Assembly (NCBI GenBank): GCA_050124795.1
Contig: JASFEO010000001.1
Span: forward strand, 32,001-96,000
Reading direction: 5' to 3'
Origin: Candidatus Pacearchaeota archaeon
GTDB lineage: Archaea > Nanobdellota > Nanobdellia > Pacearchaeales > GW2011-AR1
DNA length: 64,000 nt
Shown here: positions 47,805-57,739 of the stretch, piece after piece
How positions within the stretch are numbered: the stretch's first letter is position 1
Layout: each line of letters starts with the position of its first letter
Translations under genes and position numbers: made by a program
The notes under the pieces: model-generated
The model's database searches: none
Told to the model about the DNA's origin: nothing
What the model saw: the letters and a program-made list of their open reading frames with translations, nothing else

Positions 47805-49907
47805 TTTTTCACTCTTCAAAAACAACCCAACTAACCTCAACTCATCATAACTAAATTCTTCATTAAAATAATCATAAATTGGCTTTAATCTTTCAAAACC
47901 AAATTTTAGAAATGCATCTTTTATTAATTCAAATTTTTCTTTCTCAGGCATCAAATATTCAATATCTAAATTTTCCCCTGAATCAATTAATCTTTCAATA
48001 TGTTTAACAATTGTGCCTTGTGTTAAATCCTGCTCTTTTGCAATTTCACTAATTGACATTTTTTTCTCAATAAATTCTTTTGTTTTTTCTTTTCCAAATT
48101 TCCCTCTTGTTTTAATTATTCTTTTCTCATTACTTGAATTCTTTTCTGCATAAGCAGAAATCACCCTTAAAAAAACCTCACCAAACTCCTCTACCTTATG
48201 TTTGCCAACTCCCTTAATTTCTAAAAATTCTTGATTTGTCTTAGGTTTATAATGACTCATTTCAATGAGCGATGCATCACCAAAAATAACAAAAGGCGGA
48301 ACACCTCGACTTTCTGCAAGTTTTTTTCTAAGTAATCTCAACTTTTCAAAAAGTTCCTTATCATACTCAAGTTCATTTGCATCTTTTCTCTTTTCAATTA
48401 CCTCTCTTTCCTTCATTGGAATTTTAATCTGGTTTTCATTTTCTAAAAATTCTCTTCCTTCAAAAGTCAAAGACAGCGTCGGATAGTCACCTTCACTTTT
48501 ATGAATCAAATTTTCATTTACTAAATATGAAATAATTTCTTTTAATTCTTCAAGTGAATAATCCTTGCATTTACCATACACAAAAAACTTCTTGTGCCAG
48601 TCTTTAACATCTTTTTTTCCTAGCAAAATTTTTGCAATATAGTTTGCTCCAAAATAGGCTTTTGTTAAATCAATCGTCGTCAAAATATCTTTTGAAATTT
48701 CTGTAACATCAGTTAAGTCTTTTTTTGTTAAGCAAATATCGCATGAGTTGCATTTTTCAAATTCCGCCCTTTCACCAAAATAATTTAATAAATATTTTTT
48801 TCTGCAAATACGACTCTCAGAATAATCAATAATTTTTTGCAAATTCTCTAATTTTTTCTTTTTCACATTTTCATCCTCAATATCTTTAAAGAAAAATTCA
48901 TGCTTTCGCTTGTCAGCAATTGAATAAAACAAAACACAGTCGCTGGGCAGTCCGTCCCGGCCAGCCCTTCCAATTTCCTGATAGTATCCTTCTAAAGTTT
49001 TTGGAAAAGTATGATGAATCACAAGTCGAACATCTGGTTTATCAATTCCCATTCCAAATGCAATAGTTGCAACAATTATGTTTACCTTGTCTTTAATAAA
49101 AAGTTCCTGATTATTTTTACGTTCTTTTTTATCTAACCCAGCATGATAAACAGTTGCACTAAAACCTTTTTCAATTAAATCATTTGCCATTTTCTCAGTC
49201 TCTCGTCGCGAAAAACAATAAATTATAACTGACTCATTTTTGTAATTCTGCAAAACCTTAGAAATTTTTTCAAATGAATTTTTCTTTTTTCTTAAGATAA
49301 TATTTAAGTTCTCTCGATTAAAACTTGATACAAAAATATTAGGTTCATTTAAATTTAATTCTTCAACAATGTCTTGTCTTACTTTTTCAGTTGCTGTCGC
49401 AGTCAGGGCAATAATTGGGATGCGCGGAAAAGTGTTTCTTAATTCTTTTAAATTCCGATAATCAGGTCTAAAGTCATGTCCCCATTCAGAAATGCAGTGC
49501 GCTTCATCAACTGCAATTAAACTAAGATTAATTTCTTTTAAGAATTTTTTAAAACCTTCATTTGCAAGTCTTTCAGGAGCAACATAAAGAAGTTTGATTT
49601 CTCCATTTAAAATTCTAATTTGTATGTCTGTAATTTCTGCAAAAGATAATGATGAGTTGATAAATTCTGCTGGAATTCCGTTTGCCTTTAATGAATCAAC
49701 CTGGTCTTTCATAAGAGCAATCAGAGGAGAAACAACAAGTGTAACACCGTCGAGTTTTAATGACGGAAACTGATAGCACATGGATTTGCCACCTCCGGTA
49801 GGCATTATTACAAAAGTATCTTTTCCGTCAAGGACGGAATTAATTACCTCTTTTTGCATTGGGCGGAATTCATCATAGCCGAAATATGTTTTTAGAGTTT
49901 TTAGCAT
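47790..49907 (-). CDS. recQ: ATP-dependent DNA helicase RecQ
   Basis: MPTGGGKS, DEAHCISEWGHDFRPDY, QEIGRAGRDG, RQC Cys cluster, HRDC. Confidence 0.96.
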   Translation of the reverse strand: MLKTLKTYFGYDEFRPMQKEVINSVLDGKDTFVIMPTGGGKSMCYQFPSLKLDGVTLVVSPLIALMKDQVDSLKANGIPAEFINSSLSFAEITDIQIRILNGEIKLLYVAPERLANEGFKKFLKEINLSLIAVDEAHCISEWGHDFRPDYRNLKELRNTFPRIPIIALTATATEKVRQDIVEELNLNEPNIFVSSFNRENLNIILRKKKNSFEKISKVLQNYKNESVIIYCFSRRETEKMANDLIEKGFSATVYHAGLDKKERKNNQELFIKDKVNIIVATIAFGMGIDKPDVRLVIHHTFPKTLEGYYQEIGRAGRDGLPSDCVLFYSIADKRKHEFFFKDIEDENVKKKKLENLQKIIDYSESRICRKKYLLNYFGERAEFEKCNSCDICLTKKDLTDVTEISKDILTTIDLTKAYFGANYIAKILLGKKDVKDWHKKFFVYGKCKDYSLEELKEIISYLVNENLIHKSEGDYPTLSLTFEGREFLENENQIKIPMKEREVIEKRKDANELEYDKELFEKLRLLRKKLAESRGVPPFVIFGDASLIEMSHYKPKTNQEFLEIKGVGKHKVEEFGEVFLRVISAYAEKNSSNEKRIIKTRGKFGKEKTKEFIEKKMSISEIAKEQDLTQGTIVKHIERLIDSGENLDIEYLMPEKEKFELIKDAFLKFGFERLKPIYDYFNEEFSYDELRLVGLFLKSEKLKSI

Positions 49908-50001
49908 AACAAAAAGAAATTAAAAAGTTGTTTTTATAATTTGTTATAATTAATTGCTTTGCAAAAGAAAGTTTTATAATAATCTCTTCTTTTTTACTTT
50001 A

Positions 50002-50397
50002 ATGAAACCAAAAGTTCTCTGCATTTGCACAATGGGATTAAACAGAAGTAAATATATTGCAGAATATCTAAGAGAGAAAGGTTATGAAACTCGTTATGGG
50101 GGTATTGGACCATGCAGAGTTGATCCTGAACCTGCAAATCCTGTAAAGAAAAAAGATTTGGATTGGGCAGATATAATTATTGCTGCAAGAGAGAAACATA
50201 AACCAATTCTTAAAAATGATTTTGGAATTAAAAATAAAAAGATAATTACTTTGGAAGTTAGTGATTCAAGAAAAAAAGCTGCTGAAACTCATCCTGAATT
50301 TAAGGACATTGACCAGAAGAAATTTAACGAGGTTTGGACTTATCCAAAATTAAGACAAGCTTTAGAAGAGCATTTGCCTTTGGGGAGATATCTTTGA
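50002..50397 (+). CDS. LMW protein-tyrosine-phosphatase-like protein
   Basis: VLCICTMGLNRS (CX5R), WADII. Confidence 0.75.
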   Translation: MKPKVLCICTMGLNRSKYIAEYLREKGYETRYGGIGPCRVDPEPANPVKKKDLDWADIIIAAREKHKPILKNDFGIKNKKIITLEVSDSRKKAAETHPEFKDIDQKKFNEVWTYPKLRQALEEHLPLGRYL

Positions 50398-50466
50398 TTT
50401 AAAATTAGAAATATAAACTTTTCGCGAGATTAAGATCCCTCACTCCTTGATCATTTAGTGCAGCCC

Positions 50467-50492
50467 TAAAAATTTTCTACAGAAAATTTTTA
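50467..50492. repeat. AT-rich palindrome family copy
   Basis: TAAAAATTTTCT-AC-AGAAAATTTTTA. Confidence 0.75.
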
Positions 50493-50536
50493 CTTAGTAA
50501 CATTTAAATATCTCTCATTTTTCTTTTCATAAAAGT

Positions 50537-52039
50537 GTGAGTAAAATGAGGACAAATATTCTTTTTGGCGGAGCAGCAGGACAAGGACCAAATATATTAA
50601 CTCAAGTTTTAGGAGACGCATTAGTGAAACAAGGTTATTATGTTTTTTATTCTCGTGATTATCAGTCATTAATTCGCGGGGGTCATAACTTTAATGTCCT
50701 AACTTTTTCTGAAAATCCTGTTCACAGCAATGATTCAAAAATTGACATCTTAGTTTGCTTGGATGAAAAAACAGAAAACATTCATAAATCCGAATTAAAA
50801 AAAGATGCAGTTGTCCTAAAGGGGAGTAAAGAGAATATGTATTATGCAGGAAGGATTTTCAAACTTCTTTGCATGGATTTCAAACTTCTTGAAGAGCAGT
50901 TTAAATTATTAAAACATAGATTTGATGAAAATATGAAAGAAGCAAAAAAAGGTTATGACGAAGAAACAAAAAAAGTTTGCGAAGTTAGATATAAAAAAAG
51001 TAATCTTAAATTAATGAACGGAAGTCGCGCAGTTGCATTGGGCGCAGTTAAATCTGGAATTGATGTTTATTATGCTTATCCAATGACCCCCTCAACAGGT
51101 GTTTTAAGAGAATTAGCACAAATGCAAAAGGAAAATAATTTTTTCGTGCATGAACCTGAAAATGAAATCGCAGGAATCAACATGGCAATTGGCTCAAGTA
51201 TTACAGGCGCAAAAGTCATGACAGGAACTTCAGGAGGAGGTTTTGACTTAATGACTGAAAGTTTAAGTTTAGCCGGAATGATTGATATACCTTTAGTAAT
51301 TTATTTGTCTCAAAGACCGGGGCCTGCAACAGGTGTACCCACTTACACTTCGCAAGGAGACTTAAACACTGCAAGATTTTCAGGACACGGAGAATTTCCA
51401 AGAATGCTTTTAGCACCCGGGGACATTGTTGAATCTGAAGAATTAACTAATCAGGCATTTTACTTTGCAAACAAATTCAAAATTCCTGCGATTATAATTA
51501 ATGACAAGCACTTAGCTGAGAGTGGTTATTCAACACTGGATAATCCAAAAATTGTAAAATCTCAAAAAAACACACCTTTAGCAAGACATAGTGGAAATGA
51601 AACAAATAAAGAGGGAATCACAACAACAAAAATTAATGAAGTGAATTGGAGAGTTGAAACAAGAATGAAAAAAATGGAAGACATGAGAACTGAGGCAAAG
51701 AAATTTACAACTCATAAATTTTATGGCAAAATGAATTCTAAGAATTTAATTGTTTTCTGGGGCTCAACAAAAGGAGCGATTCTTGATGCAATTGTTGGTT
51801 TGGATTGCAAAGCTTTGCAGATTCTTTACTTAAAACCTTTTCCAATGGAAATAAAAAAAGAATTAGGAAAAGCAAATAAATTAATTTTAATTGAAAACAA
51901 TGAGTCAGGCGAACTTGCAAATTTAATTGCAGAAAAAACAGGAATATTTTTTCAGGACAAAAATAAAATTCTGCGTTACGACGGAAGACCGTTTTTATAT
52001 GATGAATTAAAAAAAGAAATTGAAGGGAGGTTGAAATGA
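50537..52039 (+). CDS. korA: 2-oxoacid:ferredoxin oxidoreductase alpha subunit
   Basis: GGAAGQG, YQSLIRGGHN, AYPMTP, TSGGGF.LM.E, RPGPATG.PT. Confidence 0.93.
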   Translation: MSKMRTNILFGGAAGQGPNILTQVLGDALVKQGYYVFYSRDYQSLIRGGHNFNVLTFSENPVHSNDSKIDILVCLDEKTENIHKSELKKDAVVLKGSKENMYYAGRIFKLLCMDFKLLEEQFKLLKHRFDENMKEAKKGYDEETKKVCEVRYKKSNLKLMNGSRAVALGAVKSGIDVYYAYPMTPSTGVLRELAQMQKENNFFVHEPENEIAGINMAIGSSITGAKVMTGTSGGGFDLMTESLSLAGMIDIPLVIYLSQRPGPATGVPTYTSQGDLNTARFSGHGEFPRMLLAPGDIVESEELTNQAFYFANKFKIPAIIINDKHLAESGYSTLDNPKIVKSQKNTPLARHSGNETNKEGITTTKINEVNWRVETRMKKMEDMRTEAKKFTTHKFYGKMNSKNLIVFWGSTKGAILDAIVGLDCKALQILYLKPFPMEIKKELGKANKLILIENNESGELANLIAEKTGIFFQDKNKILRYDGRPFLYDELKKEIEGRLK

Positions 52040-52596
52040 AGTTAACAACTAAAAGATTAATTTTGAGGGATATAAAGAATAGTGATGAAAAAAATTTAAT
52101 TAAGAATATTAATAATTTAAAAGTTTCAAAAAATTTATTTGTTGTCCCATACCCTTACACAAAGAAAGATGCAAAATGGTGGATAAATCATTGTAATGGA
52201 AAGAAGAAAAATAAAGAAAGCTATAATTTTGTTATAGAATTAAAATCTGAAAAAAAATTAATAGGGGGGATTGGTCTTGATAAGCTAGATAAATTTCAGG
52301 GCACTACAGAACTTGGATATTGGCTTGGAGAGAAATATTGGAAACAGAAAATTATGACTGAAGCTGTTAAAGAAATTTTAGATTTCGCATTTGACAAATT
52401 AAAATTAAGAAGAGTGGATGTTCATGCTTATACAGAAAATAAAGCTTCAAATGCTTTGATTAAAAAAATGGGCTTCACTTTCGAAGGGAGGGGGCGGAAG
52501 GCTATGAGGGCCAAATCAACAGGAAAAATTCATGATGCAAATATTTATGGTTTATTAAAATCAGAATGGAAAAAAGCAAGGGGGGAATTAAAATGA
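52036..52596 (+). CDS. RimJ/RimL-family GNAT acetyltransferase
   Basis: LTTKRLILR, ELGYWL...YW...IMTEA, N.AS..L..KMGF..EG. Confidence 0.9.
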   Translation: MKLTTKRLILRDIKNSDEKNLIKNINNLKVSKNLFVVPYPYTKKDAKWWINHCNGKKKNKESYNFVIELKSEKKLIGGIGLDKLDKFQGTTELGYWLGEKYWKQKIMTEAVKEILDFAFDKLKLRRVDVHAYTENKASNALIKKMGFTFEGRGRKAMRAKSTGKIHDANIYGLLKSEWKKARGELK

Positions 52597-52636
52597 AATC
52601 AAAACATTTAAATAATCTATTGTATAAACTTATATA

Positions 52637-52894
52637 ATGGCAAATATACTTCATTATCCAAGATTAGACACAATATTAATGATAGAAGAAGCTATTAAAA
52701 ATTCTGAAGACTATCCTACAAAAATGCAGCTTTGGAAATCTCTTCCAAAAAAAATACAATATCAAACATTCAAATTAATTCTTCAATATCTTGAGGAATC
52801 AAATAAAATTATGTTTCATGAAGACAAAATTATTTGGGTTTACAATCCTGAGTTGATAAAAAATCTTCATGAGCAGGGATTAATATTAAAATGA
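52637..52894 (+). CDS. putative wHTH antitoxin (paralog of 61405-61686)
   Basis: PRLDTILMIEE.IK...L...LPKKI...TF..IL.YL.E.NKI; ATGA overlap with RelE-like gene. Confidence 0.65.
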   Translation: MANILHYPRLDTILMIEEAIKNSEDYPTKMQLWKSLPKKIQYQTFKLILQYLEESNKIMFHEDKIIWVYNPELIKNLHEQGLILK

Positions 52895-53223
52895 AAGAAG
52901 TGAAAGTTGCATTTATTGATAAAAAATTAAAAGAATCTTTTGATAAACTTAAAAAAGAAAAAACTTCTGAGAAAGATTTATCCGAATTTCTTGAAAGAGC
53001 AATAAAAGATATAAAGAAAAATCCGTTTGTGGGTATTCAAATAAAAAAGAAACTTATCCCAAAAGAATACAGGACTAAATATCAGATTCAAAACCTGTGG
53101 AAATATAATCTTCCCAATGCATGGAGATTAATTTATTCTATACAAAAAGACCATATTTCAATAGTTTGTGTTTTACTTGAATGGTTTAGTCATAAAAAAT
53201 ATGAAAGGAGATTTAAATTTTAA
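52891..53223 (+). CDS. RelE/ParE-like toxin
   Basis: NP..G..I...LIPKEY...NLWKYNLP.AWRLIYS...H..YERRF. Confidence 0.7.
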   Translation: MKEVKVAFIDKKLKESFDKLKKEKTSEKDLSEFLERAIKDIKKNPFVGIQIKKKLIPKEYRTKYQIQNLWKYNLPNAWRLIYSIQKDHISIVCVLLEWFSHKKYERRFKF

Positions 53224-53224
53224 A

Positions 53225-54058
53225 ATGACATTAACAGATACAAAAGCAATTCCGACATGGTGCCCGGGATGTTTTAATTTTCAAATACTTGCAGGTGTAA
53301 AAAAAGCAATAAACGAAAAAATAAAAACCGAAGAAGACCGCAAAAACTGGATGATGGTGTCAGGGATTGGCTGCTCTGGAAAAATAATGGATTATATAAA
53401 TTTAAATGGTGTTCACACCTTGCATGGAAGAGTTTTGCCGACTTGCCTCGGAATGAAAGTTGGAAATCCAAATTTAAATGTCTTGGGTTTTTCAGGAGAC
53501 GGAGATGCTTATGCAGAAGGAGGGGGTCACCTTGTTCATGCAGCAAGATACAATGCAGACTTCAAATACTTTGTTCATAATAATCAGGTTTTCGCCCTAA
53601 CAGTTGGCCAGTCAACACCAGTTACAAATTTGGGTTTCGCAGACAAGACAAACCCCGAAGGTGTTAAACTCACCCCCCTAAATCCAATAAGAATAATGCT
53701 CGCAGCAGGCGCAAGTTTTGTTGCAAGGGTTTTTGCCGACGTAAACCAAGTTGAATGGGTAACAAGAGAAGCACTAAAGCACAAAGGTTTTGCATTCATC
53801 GAAGTAATCCAGCCATGTTTAGTTTTCCATCCGGATCAGGGCTACAAAGAAAAAACTTATTCACTTGAACAAACAGGTCATGACAAAACAAACTTTGAAG
53901 CAGCATGGCAAAAAGCAAATGAATTTGACTACAATAAAATCGACAAAATCCCAATTGGAATTTTTTATCAACAAGAAAGACCAATTTTCGAAGAGCATTT
54001 TAGTGTTCTTGCAGACTTGAAGAAAAAAGGAATTGGTTTTAAGGATATAAAAAGGTAA
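53225..54058 (+). CDS. korB: 2-oxoacid:ferredoxin oxidoreductase beta subunit
   Basis: WCPGC, SGIGCS, HGR, GDGD TPP motif. Confidence 0.93.
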   Translation: MTLTDTKAIPTWCPGCFNFQILAGVKKAINEKIKTEEDRKNWMMVSGIGCSGKIMDYINLNGVHTLHGRVLPTCLGMKVGNPNLNVLGFSGDGDAYAEGGGHLVHAARYNADFKYFVHNNQVFALTVGQSTPVTNLGFADKTNPEGVKLTPLNPIRIMLAAGASFVARVFADVNQVEWVTREALKHKGFAFIEVIQPCLVFHPDQGYKEKTYSLEQTGHDKTNFEAAWQKANEFDYNKIDKIPIGIFYQQERPIFEEHFSVLADLKKKGIGFKDIKR

Positions 54059-54082
54059 AAAATTTCTTTGAGAAATTTTTTA
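54056..54082. repeat. AT-rich palindrome family copy
   Basis: TAAAAAATTTCT-TTG-AGAAATTTTTTA overlapping the korB stop. Confidence 0.75.
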
Positions 54083-54148
54083 ATTCTGCACTGAATAATT
54101 AAGATGTAAGATTATTATAAAAAATTCAGATAAGAATTCAGGTTGCCA

Positions 54149-54700
54149 TTAGGCAATCTCTTTCAATTCCCAAATGCATAAACGCTCAAAAAACAAATTT
54201 TCACAACCAATCTCTTTTTCAATAAATTCAAGTTTTTTAAAATCTATTTGTTCAGCTAAATCCGAAGTAATTAAAAAAATTCGCCCATTCTTTTTTAAAT
54301 AATCTTTTGCATCTTTCAAGAATCTCAAAATAATTTCATTTCCCTTTTTCCCGCCAGTTGTTGAAATTTGCGATTCTTTTGGTTCTTTTTGGTCATACGG
54401 CAAGTAAGGAGGATTAAAAATAATCAAGTTAAATTTTCCTTTTACATTTTCAAATAAATCAGAATGAATGCAATTAAAACCTAAAACATTGCAATGATCT
54501 ACTGACGATGTATCAACATCAACTGGAAAAATATTCTCTCTTTTTACCCCTAAATTATTTGCAGTCTCGAGATGAATCCCGCTTCCTGCACCAATCTCTA
54601 AAAATTTTAAATCAGGATTTTGTTTTAATAGTTCTGGCAATCTTTGTTTCAAAATCCTCGACATTAAATAAGAATCTTCTTGTGGCTGGTAAATTGTCAT
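54149..54700 (-). CDS. HemK2/MTQ2-family methyltransferase
   Basis: IYQPQEDSYL, LEIGAGSG, FNPPYLP. Confidence 0.9.
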   Translation of the reverse strand: MTIYQPQEDSYLMSRILKQRLPELLKQNPDLKFLEIGAGSGIHLETANNLGVKRENIFPVDVDTSSVDHCNVLGFNCIHSDLFENVKGKFNLIIFNPPYLPYDQKEPKESQISTTGGKKGNEIILRFLKDAKDYLKKNGRIFLITSDLAEQIDFKKLEFIEKEIGCENLFFERLCIWELKEIA

Positions 54701-54770
54701 AGTTAAACTAATCAAAATAAAGTTTAATAAATAGCGTATTATTTAAAAACAACTTATTATTATTTAATTT

Positions 54771-55241
54771 ATGAATATACTTATTCATTTTATAATTAAT
54801 ATCTTGATAATGATGCCTTTTGGTCTAAGTCCTCTTGAATTATTTATAGTTGGTTTTGGGGGGATAGTAATTGACTTAGATCATGTTATCTATCAATATT
54901 TTATTGCAAAAAATAAGACACTAAAAGAAATGTTTGAATGGCATAAAAAAGAAAATGCAGTTCATCGCCCGCATTTTTATATTTTCCATATGATTGAATT
55001 TATCATAGCATTTATTATAATTTCTTTTTTTATTAATAGGTTAGTCTTTCTTTTTGCACTTGGTTTTGGATTGCATTTTCTAGGAGATTTTATTCTTTAT
55101 ATTCTTTATTATAAATCCTTATCCTGGATGAAATATTTTTCTTTGGCCTATAAGATGATCAATTTTTTTACCAAAAAATTTATAAATAAGTCTAACTTAG
55201 TTAAAATAAGGCGAAATAATTATGGTAAATGCATTAATTAA
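54771..55241 (+). CDS. membrane-bound metal-dependent hydrolase-like protein
   Basis: N-terminal H, IDLDH, HR..FH, LH..GD. Confidence 0.6.
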   Translation: MNILIHFIINILIMMPFGLSPLELFIVGFGGIVIDLDHVIYQYFIAKNKTLKEMFEWHKKENAVHRPHFYIFHMIEFIIAFIIISFFINRLVFLFALGFGLHFLGDFILYILYYKSLSWMKYFSLAYKMINFFTKKFINKSNLVKIRRNNYGKCIN

Positions 55242-55455
55242 AATTGATGAAAATATAAATAGAATAATGAATATCATAAAGGCAAGACATGGTTTAAAAG
55301 ATAAAGGAGAAGTTGTTGAATTTGTTATAAAAAAATTTGCAGAGTATGAATCTGAACCAGACCTCCTTCCCGAGTTTGTGAAAAAGATACACAAAATAGA
55401 GAGACAAAAAAGCATTAAAGTTGATGATTTTGCAAAAAGGTATGGATTAAAATAA
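55222..55455 (+). CDS. DUF2683-like antitoxin
   Basis: NRIMNIIKARHGLKDK...EP.L.PEF; upstream of RelE-like gene. Confidence 0.7.
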   Translation: MVNALIKIDENINRIMNIIKARHGLKDKGEVVEFVIKKFAEYESEPDLLPEFVKKIHKIERQKSIKVDDFAKRYGLK

Positions 55456-55456
55456 A

Positions 55457-55741
55457 ATGTATTCTTTGGAAATTAAAGAAGAGGCTGATAAAACTTTTTC
55501 TAAACTTTCCAGGAAAAATTTAAAGCAACTCAAAATGATTGACAAGAAAATTAAAAAAATCAGACAAGAACCTTTGCATTCATATAAATTCTTAAAAAAA
55601 CCTTTGCAAAAATTTAACAGAGTTCATGTTGATAATTCTTTTGTTTTAGTTTTCAAAATAGATCCCCCGCGTGAAACAGTAATTATATTCTACTTTGACC
55701 ATCACGACAAAGTTTACCAATGGAAACCTAAGGAAAAGTAA
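55457..55741 (+). CDS. RelE/YafQ-like toxin
   Basis: KFLKKPL...RVHV..SFVLVF...DHHDKVY. Confidence 0.8.
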   Translation: MYSLEIKEEADKTFSKLSRKNLKQLKMIDKKIKKIRQEPLHSYKFLKKPLQKFNRVHVDNSFVLVFKIDPPRETVIIFYFDHHDKVYQWKPKEK

Positions 55742-55768
55742 GAAAAGTAAAATTCTCTTTGGAAATTT

Positions 55769-56329
55769 TTAATTAAATATCCCACTAAAAAATCCAGACT
55801 TGTCAAAAAAATCAAGAATAGAATCTTTGAAAATAAAAACAGCCCCGAGAAGTCCGAGCAAAATTACTAAAGAAATTATTATCGCAATAATGGCCCCGTG
55901 CTTTTTTGGTTTTTCACCATAAGTTGAAGCACCTGGTTTTGGAGCCTGTGTGCCTGTTGGCTTGCCATTTGGAAACTCAATTTGGTTTAACCTCTCAATT
56001 GCGCCGCTTATTCCCTGTTTTATTTTCCTGATTGATTCTGCATTATTCCCATATGCTGAAACTCTCTGAATTCCCTGATTCTGAGGAATTGGTTTAAATT
56101 TCTGAACCTGCTTTTCTGCTTTTGGTTTTTCCACAGAAGTTTTTCCATGAATATAATTTTTTTCAGGAGCAATCACTTGACCCTGCTGCCCTGCCTGAAC
56201 TGCCCTCGCTGCCTTTTCAATTTCCCCCCTCTCATAACCAGCATTATAAAAACTAATCATTGCATCACGAAGACTCTCGCCTTTTTTCATTGCTTCAAGT
56301 ATCCCCTCAACTAAAACTATATCTGCCAT
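55769..56329 (-). CDS. membrane-anchored hypothetical protein
   Basis: GESL..A..SF.NAGY...EI..A N-terminal module; C-terminal TM. Confidence 0.7.
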   Translation of the reverse strand: MADIVLVEGILEAMKKGESLRDAMISFYNAGYERGEIEKAARAVQAGQQGQVIAPEKNYIHGKTSVEKPKAEKQVQKFKPIPQNQGIQRVSAYGNNAESIRKIKQGISGAIERLNQIEFPNGKPTGTQAPKPGASTYGEKPKKHGAIIAIIISLVILLGLLGAVFIFKDSILDFFDKSGFFSGIFN

Positions 56330-56381
56330 TTTCCTCTTTATAAAATATTAAGAAAGTGATGTTTAAAAAATCTTGCTTAAG

Positions 56382-56514
56382 AAGTACCTGCTAACACTCC
56401 TTTGAAACTACCAAATTTTACTGTTTTAAGGATTGAAATTTTGCGAAGAAAAATCAGTTTGCCTTTTTAAGGCTTAATGTATCCAAATTTCATTTTTCCC
56501 GTTAGCAGGTACCT
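56382..56514. mobile_element. MITE-like element (about 130 bp)
   Basis: perfect 12-bp terminal inverted repeats GTACCTGCTAAC (56384-56395) / GTTAGCAGGTAC (56501-56512); no ORF. Confidence 0.65.
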
Positions 56515-56528
56515 TAGGAAAATTTCTT

Positions 56529-57638
56529 TTAGAAATTTTTTAATTCTACCAATACACGAGGAATCTCTTTATATTCATGTCCAGCATATTTAGGAACTAA
56601 CTTCTGCATTTTTTCTTTTGTTCTTTTGAAGTTTATATTTAGTCTCTCTTGAAATTTATCATGATCAATTCCCCTTCTTTTTAATCTTTCTTTTTCAGGA
56701 CCATATAACTTTAATGGAAATGCCCAGGATTTGCTAACAAAATTAGGTCCATACTTTTTCATTCCTTTTTGCAAAAATTCATCAACCGTATTTGGATCTG
56801 AATCATACATAAAAGGGTATGCATCAATTCCCGCATTTACCATCCTATCATAAGTATACCATCTTTCATTATCCAAAAAAGAAAAATTCTTATTTACTTT
56901 CCCTTTCTTGTTGCAAAATCCAATTGCCCTAAGATTACTCTCAGTATCTGTTCCTTTGAATGAACACAAAACTCCGAAATTATTGTACTCTCCTAATTTT
57001 TTCCAGAAAAATTTATCTAGTCTTCCCTGTTGTATTAAATAATCTATAAAATGTCCTGTTGTTTGATTTGTCTCTCCCTGAAAATAAATCTTATCACTTA
57101 ATCCTCTTTTTTCAATTTCTTCAAGAGTTTCTAACCATTGCCATGGCGCAAGAAGAGGTTCTCCACCTGAACGTCTTATAACATGAATTGTTTTTGTTTT
57201 TCTTGTGTCTTCCAATGCATCGATAATCTCAGATGTTGAAAAATATTCTCCCCTTCCTTTTTTACCATTTTTATTTTCATCATCTACAAAACACCAAGGA
57301 CAATAAACATTGCAGGTTTTTGTTTGGGGCATAAAAGTCATATTGCATTCTGCCAAAGAAAGTCCTTTTAATCTGGATACTGCCCATGCAGGCATATCAA
57401 AACCATTATCTGCAACAACTGCTTTTTCCAAAGCTTCTTCATCATTTGAATCAGCTTTTAAATTATCTTTTGTCCTATAAAAATCCCCAATAGTATACGC
57501 GCTTTTGTTAATGTCTTCTGCCTGAAGGGTTTTAGAAAGATTTGCTAAAAGATACTTCCTCTCTCTCTTCGTTTCAAGAACAGTTTTCCTACTTAGATTG
57601 TTGCACCTTTTTTCAACCCACCACTTTTCAACATTCAT
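56529..57638 (-). CDS. radical SAM protein
   Basis: CNVYCPWC (CX3CX2C), SGGEP, ETN. Confidence 0.88.
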   Translation of the reverse strand: MNVEKWWVEKRCNNLSRKTVLETKRERKYLLANLSKTLQAEDINKSAYTIGDFYRTKDNLKADSNDEEALEKAVVADNGFDMPAWAVSRLKGLSLAECNMTFMPQTKTCNVYCPWCFVDDENKNGKKGRGEYFSTSEIIDALEDTRKTKTIHVIRRSGGEPLLAPWQWLETLEEIEKRGLSDKIYFQGETNQTTGHFIDYLIQQGRLDKFFWKKLGEYNNFGVLCSFKGTDTESNLRAIGFCNKKGKVNKNFSFLDNERWYTYDRMVNAGIDAYPFMYDSDPNTVDEFLQKGMKKYGPNFVSKSWAFPLKLYGPEKERLKRRGIDHDKFQERLNINFKRTKEKMQKLVPKYAGHEYKEIPRVLVELKNF

Positions 57639-57739
57639 ATCCCCCAAAATAATCTTTGCTTTAAAAATATTATTGCATTTGAAAATATATAATCAAGAGA
57701 ACACAAATAATTTATAAACCAACAATTTCATTTAACTCA

